Made by a program: the position numbers and the translations under genes
The notes under the pieces: model-generated
What the model saw: the letters and a program-made list of their open reading frames with translations, nothing else
Databases searched by the model: none
Told to the model about the DNA's origin: nothing
NCBI GenBank assembly: GCA_902524235.1
Contig: CABZCF010000004.1
Location: forward strand, 4,788 to 68,787
DNA length: 64,000 bases
Direction of reading: 5' to 3'
DNA from: an uncultured Pelagibacteraceae bacterium
GTDB lineage: Bacteria; Pseudomonadota; Alphaproteobacteria; Pelagibacterales; Pelagibacteraceae
Shown: positions 31,085 to 37,247 of the stretch, piece by piece
Layout: every line of letters starts with the position of its first letter
Numbering within the stretch: position 1 is the first letter of the stretch

Positions 31085-32282
31085 AAGCTACTGCATCAAT
31101 TTTTTTATCTTCATTCTCATCTAAAAAAGCTCTATTAGCCTTCCCGTCTAAGTCATCATCTAAAACTTGTATTTCATATACGCCATTTTCATTTTCATCA
31201 AATAAAGTTGCCTCGATAAAACCATCTTCATCATCATCTACAAATGCTATATCAATCTTTCCATTTTTATTTTTATCTACATACCATGTGTCAATAATTC
31301 CATTTTTATTAAAGTCTTGAGTTTTTGCTTTTGGATATTCTTTTTTCATTATAAGTTCTGCGGGGTTAATATTTTTTATATTGGGATTTTGTTTTAAAAA
31401 TTTAATCGCATGTTCAACTGCGACTGCAAAGTTAATATTTTCGCCGGGGCCTTTTAATGTATTTATGCCAATTAAGTTTCCAGAAACAGAGAACAATGGT
31501 CCACCTGAATTTCCTGGATTAATAGGTGTTTGAGTTTGAATGACAGTTGCTAAATGTTTGTAATCACTTTTTGGATAGGTCCAATTCTTTTTTTTTCTTA
31601 TCTGATTAATAATTCCCTCTGAAAATGTCCAGGGTAGTCCTTCAGGATGACCTATCGCAAAAACTTTGTCTCCAACTTGAACTTCTTTTATCGATCCAAC
31701 CTTTACTGGTTCAATCTTATCAGGGAAATTACCCACTTTAATAATCGCTAGGTCTTCTTTTTTATTTGTAGCTATTACACTTCCAAAGATTGGTTTCAAC
31801 TCTTCAAATAACCTTTTTTCTGAAGGAACATCATCTGCCGGTAAAGTCCATACTGCAACTTCGTCAGCTTTATCAACGACATGCCAATTAGTCAAAATTA
31901 TCCCAGGTTTATCAATTAAAAATCCAGACCCAACACCTTCACCAGTAAAATTTCCTATGTAAACAACTGAGTTTGCATATTTTTTATAAATCTTATTTCC
32001 TGCACCTCTTGTTTTTATTCTTTTAGGCACTTTAGTTAAAGAGCTGCTTAAAAGTTTCGTATAATTTTTTAATTTTGTTTTCTTTTTAAGGTTTGATTTG
32101 AATATTTCTATATCTTCTCTAGGATTAATCTTAACCTTTATAATTTTCCCTCCAGATCCTCTTGTGGTGATCTTATCCCCTTTTGGAATAAAATTATTTC
32201 TATTTTTTATTTTATCTCCAAAAGTGTATTGAGAAAAAAAACATATTAAAAAAATCACTAATATCAATTTTTTAAAAATCAT
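31035..32282 (-). CDS. Exported trypsin-like (S1C-type) serine protease with acidic DxDxDG repeats
   Basis: GSGF, TNWHVV (His), EDLAII (Asp), INPGNSGGPL (Ser); signal peptide; about seven 13-aa DxN/DxN/DG repeats at the C-terminus. Confidence 0.92.
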   Translation of the reverse strand: MIFKKLILVIFLICFFSQYTFGDKIKNRNNFIPKGDKITTRGSGGKIIKVKINPREDIEIFKSNLKKKTKLKNYTKLLSSSLTKVPKRIKTRGAGNKIYKKYANSVVYIGNFTGEGVGSGFLIDKPGIILTNWHVVDKADEVAVWTLPADDVPSEKRLFEELKPIFGSVIATNKKEDLAIIKVGNFPDKIEPVKVGSIKEVQVGDKVFAIGHPEGLPWTFSEGIINQIRKKKNWTYPKSDYKHLATVIQTQTPINPGNSGGPLFSVSGNLIGINTLKGPGENINFAVAVEHAIKFLKQNPNIKNINPAELIMKKEYPKAKTQDFNKNGIIDTWYVDKNKNGKIDIAFVDDDEDGFIEATLFDENENGVYEIQVLDDDLDGKANRAFLDENEDKKIDAVAYDDDQDGKWDRVEEVS

Positions 32283-33910
32283 CTATCACCTCCTAATGAT
32301 ACCCAACTTAAAGATGAAGATGTATGCTCAGGTAATGTAGAACTATTAATTATTAAAATAAGAATAATTAAAATAATATAACTCAATAATCCAAATTTCT
32401 TAGTAATATCTGTGAAACTAATTATTTTTTGATTTTTGGTATTTATAAAATTGTTTGTAAAAATTGATAAGAAGGTCGGTATCGTCGCATAAACATATGA
32501 TATTAAAATAATATAATCCATCACAGTCAAATATTCTAATTTTGGTAAATCAGCATCTATTACAAAATTATAAGCTATTAAAGACAACAAACAAACTATT
32601 GTAATTGTTAATTTTGACTCCAAATCTTTAGGTTTAATCCAAACTGCTGACCAACACACAATCAAAATTAAAATTATCGGCATGATAATCTTAAAAACAT
32701 AATACCTACTTTTTCGCTCAATTTCGAAAACTAATTCAAATCCATCATAAAATGAATTTTTTAAAGGATGATCATAAATTTTATAATTCATCTCAACATT
32801 TGTAATATCCCAACCTTGTATTGCATTTAATTCTTTAAATTCTTGAGCTTTTTTCATTGTATATGTACTAACTAAAAATCTATCACTCTCTATTGGTGTT
32901 TCATCTTGACGTAAAAAAATTCTTAAAATTTGTTTGTCAAAAGGAAAATTTCTCAAATTAAATTCGTTTTTTATTTTATAGACACTTTTTGATTTATAAC
33001 TTAATTCTCCTCCATCAAAAATTACATATGTATCTTGATCATTTTTTGGATTTTCTTTCATTATAAAATCCCAGCTAGGTGTTATATAAAATTCAGAGAA
33101 TCTTAATTGTCTTTCTTCCCTAATTAAATTTTCAAATTCCAATCCATAAGTTGGATCAACAGAATTCAACTTCTGCCATTTTTCATCACTAAATGTACAA
33201 GTTTCATACCAAAAATTTTGAAGATAATTCTCATCATCAAATTTTTTATCATAGATAAGATCTTTACTGATCTGATCAGACAAAAAGTATCTCTGATCTA
33301 ATGGCTGGTAATAATCAGTTTGGATGGTTGCATCAAAATCTCCATCTTTTTCATTTACTTTAATTGACTTAACATAAAAATCTGATGAAGGTTCATTAAA
33401 GTTTTCAATAGTATTGTAAATATTTGGTTCAGATGAATTAATTGTTTTATCGATAATAACTATATTATTTTTATTAGTTTTTGGGTTAAATCTTAAAATT
33501 TCATATCTTATTAATTCATTCTTTTCAAAAAAATCTGAAATATCATATTGGTTATAAAGATTACTTGCATCTAGGTCAAATTTTCGTAAGTCTCTATTAT
33601 TTATACTTAAAATAATATCGTCTAAAAATATTAAATTAGATAATTCACCTTTGGTAATTTTTCCTACTTTATAGAAACCGTCTTTATTGGTATCTAAAAT
33701 AAAATTATTATTATTTTTATCTGGAATTTTTTTTAATCTTATACCAATAGTTTTTTTATTCTCAATAAAGTATCGATTAACATCTTCTCGTTTAACATCA
33801 TTGTAAACGTTCTCATATAAAACCTCACATCTTGGTTTTGCTAGAGAATTATTAGGAAATGAGAGTAAAAAAATTAGAATTACAGGATAAAAACTAAATC
33901 TTTTTCTCAT
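32279..33910 (-). CDS. Pentameric ligand-gated ion channel (GLIC/ELIC-like) with N-terminal PDZ-like domain
   Basis: Pro-loop NLRNFPFDKQ, GWDI, pre-M1 IERK, M1 with Pro (KIIMPIILI), M2-M3 loop LPKLEYLT and 4 TM helices. PDZ pattern IGIRL...KVGKITKG...DDIILSINN. Confidence 0.85.
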   Translation of the reverse strand: MRKRFSFYPVILIFLLSFPNNSLAKPRCEVLYENVYNDVKREDVNRYFIENKKTIGIRLKKIPDKNNNNFILDTNKDGFYKVGKITKGELSNLIFLDDIILSINNRDLRKFDLDASNLYNQYDISDFFEKNELIRYEILRFNPKTNKNNIVIIDKTINSSEPNIYNTIENFNEPSSDFYVKSIKVNEKDGDFDATIQTDYYQPLDQRYFLSDQISKDLIYDKKFDDENYLQNFWYETCTFSDEKWQKLNSVDPTYGLEFENLIREERQLRFSEFYITPSWDFIMKENPKNDQDTYVIFDGGELSYKSKSVYKIKNEFNLRNFPFDKQILRIFLRQDETPIESDRFLVSTYTMKKAQEFKELNAIQGWDITNVEMNYKIYDHPLKNSFYDGFELVFEIERKSRYYVFKIIMPIILILIVCWSAVWIKPKDLESKLTITIVCLLSLIAYNFVIDADLPKLEYLTVMDYIILISYVYATIPTFLSIFTNNFINTKNQKIISFTDITKKFGLLSYIILIILILIINSSTLPEHTSSSLSWVSLGGDR

Positions 33911-34580
33911 ATTCTCTTCTTTTTGATTTTTGTATTTCTTTTAACCCAGTAAACATCTTCAGTGCAATAATCCAAGAGATTAAAATTAATCCTAATGAAA
34001 TATAAAAGTTTGAAACGGTAAATAGATTATAACAACCATGTAATACAAACGGTATCATAAATGCAAAAAGTAAATTATCTCCTTTTTTAACAAATACGTA
34101 TTTCATAAAGAAATATCCCATGAAAACCCCGAATACTGCATGAGCTGGAACAGCTGAAAAAGATCTAACTATCGCGAGGGTCATTGCTGAGGTATTAAAA
34201 TAATCTGCAAGTAAATAAACATAGTAAAAATTTTCTAAAGTAGCAAAACCAAGTGAAACTGTTACTCCATAAACTATTCCATCTATCGGTTCATTAAAGT
34301 CTTTCATTTTATAGACGAAGTAATAAAGAATGAATAGTTTTAGTCCCTCTTCGACTGGTGCTGCTGTCAAAAAAGAAGAAATCAAACCTTCGCTTACTCT
34401 TGTATTGGCATAAAAGAATTTACTAATGGATGTGTTTAAAAAATAAGCAGGAATTGTAATTAAAATTCCATAAATAAAAACTTTAATTATTTCACTTCGA
34501 GGTTCTTTAAATTTATCTGAGTATACAAAAAACAATATTATTAAAATTGAAGGTAAAATTGTTGCTAAAAGTAATAACAT
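33894..34580 (-). CDS. PrsW-family intramembrane protease
   Basis: DKFKEP, VEEGLK, GFATLEN, PAHAVF and LHGCYN motifs; multiple TMs. Confidence 0.9.
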   Translation of the reverse strand: MLLLLATILPSILIILFFVYSDKFKEPRSEIIKVFIYGILITIPAYFLNTSISKFFYANTRVSEGLISSFLTAAPVEEGLKLFILYYFVYKMKDFNEPIDGIVYGVTVSLGFATLENFYYVYLLADYFNTSAMTLAIVRSFSAVPAHAVFGVFMGYFFMKYVFVKKGDNLLFAFMIPFVLHGCYNLFTVSNFYISLGLILISWIIALKMFTGLKEIQKSKRREYEKKI

Positions 34581-35041
34581 TAATTCTTTTCGATTGTAGT
34601 TTTTATTTTCAAAATTTTATTCTCAAGCGCATGAAAAGCATCAAAAATTTCTTTTTTTTCAGCAGCAGAAATGTCTTTTCCTTTATCTCCTCCCTCACTT
34701 CTTGCTTTGTTAATAGCACTCATTAATTCTCCACAAAGAATTGAAAACTTTACTAATAATTCATTTATATCATGATTTTGAGCTTTTGAATTCTCAAGTT
34801 CTTTTAAAATTATGTATTCATGAGCTCTTAAAAGAAAAGGGGCAAGCCCATTTTCAATACAAGCTTTATCAATTTTTACAGCATCTTTGTGATCTAATTG
34901 CTGATCTAAATCTGGATCACTACATTTTCTAATAAACGACTCACTCTTTCCAGTAACTTTTTCAATCAATTCTCCTTTTAAATTTTTAATAGCTTCAGCT
35001 AAACCGTGTTCTATTGATGATATTTCTCTTATCTTAGCCAT
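34580..35041 (-). CDS. Putative phage CII/CP76-like DNA-binding regulator
   Basis: HTH-like VTGKSESFIRKCSDPD followed by helical GELMSAI...ISAAEKKEI, resembling phage regulatory CII (CP76) proteins. Recognised from memory, not searched. Confidence 0.6.
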   Translation of the reverse strand: MAKIREISSIEHGLAEAIKNLKGELIEKVTGKSESFIRKCSDPDLDQQLDHKDAVKIDKACIENGLAPFLLRAHEYIILKELENSKAQNHDINELLVKFSILCGELMSAINKARSEGGDKGKDISAAEKKEIFDAFHALENKILKIKTTIEKN

Positions 35042-35069
35042 AAATTTATAAATGAAATTCTAGTCTAAA

Positions 35070-35112
35070 TTTTGGACAAATAAAATCTTATTAAATCTGA
35101 GTTTGTCCAAAA
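35070..35112. promoter_or_regulatory. 11-bp perfect inverted repeat with 21-bp spacer (candidate operator)
   Basis: TTTTGGACAAA (35070-35080) and TTTGTCCAAAA (35102-35112) in the divergent intergenic region. Confidence 0.6.
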
Positions 35113-35182
35113 ATTATCGAGTAATTTCACATACTTTTATTTTAAATCATAATTATCTTTTTTTTATAACGAAAGGAAAAAA

Positions 35183-35269
35183 ATGAAAAACTTATTAAGA
35201 TATTTAAGAATAATCAAGATCGATATTGGCCTTGATTTAATTAAACCATATAGAAAGGAGGATGTATGA
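35183..35269 (+). CDS. Unannotated 28-aa ORF
   Basis: MKNLLRYLRIIKIDIGLDLIKPYRKEDV; SD AAAGGA; ATGA overlap with the next ORF. Confidence 0.5.
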   Translation: MKNLLRYLRIIKIDIGLDLIKPYRKEDV

Positions 35270-35421
35270 AAAAGTTAGCTTTAATAATTGGTGTTTTATC
35301 AATTTTAACATCAAGTGCTAATGCAGGTTACTGGTCACATACGCCACAAATAGGTGGAGGATGGAAGTCAACTTACTACCCAAGCACAGCAGATATTTTA
35401 AGACAATATAATATTTGGTAA
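35266..35421 (+). CDS. Unannotated 51-aa secreted peptide precursor
   Basis: MKKLALIIGVLSILTSSANA/GYWSHTPQIGGGWKSTYYPSTADILRQYNIW; SD AAGGAGG; Sec signal ending A-N-A. Confidence 0.8.
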   Translation: MKKLALIIGVLSILTSSANAGYWSHTPQIGGGWKSTYYPSTADILRQYNIW

Positions 35422-35425
35422 TCGC

Positions 35426-35453
35426 AAAAAAAGCCCCTCAGAAATGAGGGGCT
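35426..35453. terminator. GC-rich hairpin/terminator
   Basis: AGCCCCTCA-GAAA-TGAGGGGCT preceded by an A7 run, so the U-tract is on the minus strand. Confidence 0.75.
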
Positions 35454-35467
35454 CCTAAGGGAGAAAA

Positions 35468-35839
35468 ATGAAAAAATTAATTTGTAAAAAATGTAGACAT
35501 AAAGAGACTATAGAAAATATAAATTTGAGTATTAATACCAAGATTTTAATTGGTCAAATTCCAAGAGTTAGAGAAAAAGATGGATTGCATATTTATCCTT
35601 TGTACTGTTTAAAATGTAATTACATTATAGAATGGGCTACAGATCCAAATAACAATTCTGGAAAAGCAATTGATGGTGTTGAATATTTTAAAACATTTAA
35701 AATAAATAAAAAATTCAAACAATATTTTGAATTTATTGAGAATGATTTAGTAAACAGAGGTTATACAAAATCTGAAGTAATTAAATATTCAATAGGTTGG
35801 TTTGTTATAATTGCTGGATTGATTGCTGTTTTTAATTAA
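35468..35839 (+). CDS. Hypothetical protein with zinc-ribbon-like CxxC...CxxC and C-terminal TM
   Basis: CKKC and CLKC; SD AGGGAG; hydrophobic C-terminus. Confidence 0.7.
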   Translation: MKKLICKKCRHKETIENINLSINTKILIGQIPRVREKDGLHIYPLYCLKCNYIIEWATDPNNNSGKAIDGVEYFKTFKINKKFKQYFEFIENDLVNRGYTKSEVIKYSIGWFVIIAGLIAVFN

Positions 35840-36159
35840 ACACCAGCAATCATTGAAAATACATTTGATACTATTCCAAATACTATGGCAACCTTTGCAA
35901 GTATTGCCCAAAATTTAGCACCTTTATATTTATCTGCAGATCTCCAAATTCCAACTACAGTATAAATTTGAAAAGGTATAATAAATCCCCACATAGCATC
36001 TTCGCTCATTCCTACAGAAATAGTAAAGGCTCCAACTAAAAAACCAAAAATTATAGCTAAACCAACGCCAACTCCCCAATAAGACATTGGAAGAGACAAA
36101 TCTCCTTTCCAAAATCTTACAAAAAAGTTTTCATTTTTAGATATTTTTTTTTTTGCCAT
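35836..36159 (-). CDS. Hypothetical 3-TM membrane protein
   Basis: FWKGDLSLPMSYWG and VGIWRSADKY; three hydrophobic segments. Confidence 0.75.
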   Translation of the reverse strand: MAKKKISKNENFFVRFWKGDLSLPMSYWGVGVGLAIIFGFLVGAFTISVGMSEDAMWGFIIPFQIYTVVGIWRSADKYKGAKFWAILAKVAIVFGIVSNVFSMIAGV

Positions 36160-36297
36160 ACATTAACTTAACAACTTTCTGTTTGTTGGTAAATAGTTGG
36201 TAAAAATTTCTAAAATTTTTATAATAAAAACTTGGTGAATTAACGTTGATTATGTTAATTTATCTTAAGTTTAAAATCGGTTTTTAGAGATAATTAT

Positions 36298-36338
36298 ATT
36301 ATGAGTGTACTGCTCTAACCAACTGAGCTACAGGCCCT
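36298..36338 (-). repeat. 41-bp direct repeat, copy 2: orphan 5' half of tRNA-Ile
   Basis: Identical to 23852-23892; similarity ends just after the anticodon loop. Confidence 0.95.
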
Positions 36339-36349
36339 TATCGAGGATT

Positions 36350-36378
36350 GTTTTACTGTTTTTTTTTAGCTCTATCAA
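36350..36378 (-). promoter_or_regulatory. Sigma70-like promoter upstream of the orphan tRNA half
   Basis: TTGATA-17 nt-TAAAAC, ending 12 nt upstream of the fragment. Confidence 0.65.
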
Positions 36379-36390
36379 GTGTTTTGAATT

Positions 36391-36465
36391 TGGTGGGCCG
36401 TGTTGGTTACGCTCCAACTACCCCTGCAATGTCAATGCAGTACTCTACTATTGAGCTAACGGCCC
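36391..36465 (-). tRNA. tRNA-Val(GAC) with non-canonical D and T loops
   Basis: GGGCCGT TA GCTC AATAGTA GAGT A CTGCA TTGACAT TGCAG GGGTA GTTGG AGCGTAA CCAAC ACGGCCC ACCA; all stems pair. Confidence 0.9.
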
Positions 36466-36497
36466 ATGAGTAAAATTACGACAAAAAGGATTTTTCT

Positions 36498-37220
36498 TCA
36501 ATCTAATTTTGAATTCTCGTATATATATTCAAAAGTTTTTCTAAAAAACATTTTTGACTTATAAATTCTGATAAAATTATATTTTTTTAAAAAGTCGTGA
36601 ATATCTGAATATTTATAACCCTTAATTAGCATGTCGTCATAGTGATGTTCAAAGTATATATATTTTATTTTTGTAAGTGCATTTGTAGATCCTTTAATAA
36701 CAAAGTATTCATGGCCTTCTGTGTCAATTTTAAGCAGATCAATTTTATTGATTTTTTTTTCCTCACAATAATTATCCAGTCGATTTAGCTTAACATCAGA
36801 GTTATTGTAAATTTTTTTGTTTTCTTTTAATCCTAATACTTCGATTTTTCTTTTATAATATTTGGAGTCTTGATTTATTCCACTAAGCGTTGTGGAAGAT
36901 GTTTCCATAAACTCTTTAATTTTTAGACTTTTATTTAAATCAGAAAGACCAAAATTATTTAAAAAAATTTTATTTTGTTGGTTTTTTTTAAATTTTATTT
37001 TTAAATGTTTAAAATTTTTATTACTAGCCTCAAACGAATGGATACTTGAAAAATCAAAATATTTTATAAATTTATTAATTGATTCACCATGATGGGCACC
37101 TACATCGAATAATGTAGCATTTCTTTTTATTTTTTTTTTTAAGAATACGAAAATTTTTTTTTGCTGAAAATAGTCAAACAAATTTAATATTAATCTAGCA
37201 ATATAAATCCTGATCATCAA
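36498..37220 (-). CDS. FkbM-family SAM-dependent methyltransferase
   Basis: FDVGAHHG, HSFEA and LLKIDTEGHE motifs. Confidence 0.9.
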   Translation of the reverse strand: MMIRIYIARLILNLFDYFQQKKIFVFLKKKIKRNATLFDVGAHHGESINKFIKYFDFSSIHSFEASNKNFKHLKIKFKKNQQNKIFLNNFGLSDLNKSLKIKEFMETSSTTLSGINQDSKYYKRKIEVLGLKENKKIYNNSDVKLNRLDNYCEEKKINKIDLLKIDTEGHEYFVIKGSTNALTKIKYIYFEHHYDDMLIKGYKYSDIHDFLKKYNFIRIYKSKMFFRKTFEYIYENSKLD

Positions 37221-37247
37221 TTAATAAGAGTTTAGACACCTTATTTA

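Larger units (their letters stand above)
23852..36338. mobile_element. About 12.4-kb tRNA-Ile-associated genomic island with no integrase
   Basis: Flanked by 41-bp direct repeats, accessory gene content, and no recombinase ORF inside. Confidence 0.88.

Noticed and set aside
23893-36297. Island as a prophage or CRISPR-associated (Craspase-type) locus
   Set aside because: No integrase, structural, replication or cas genes, and no repeat-spacer array seen anywhere in the window.
36498-37220. FkbM methyltransferase as part of the island
   Set aside because: It lies outside the direct repeat, beyond tRNA-Val, and follows rpoD in the same orientation.
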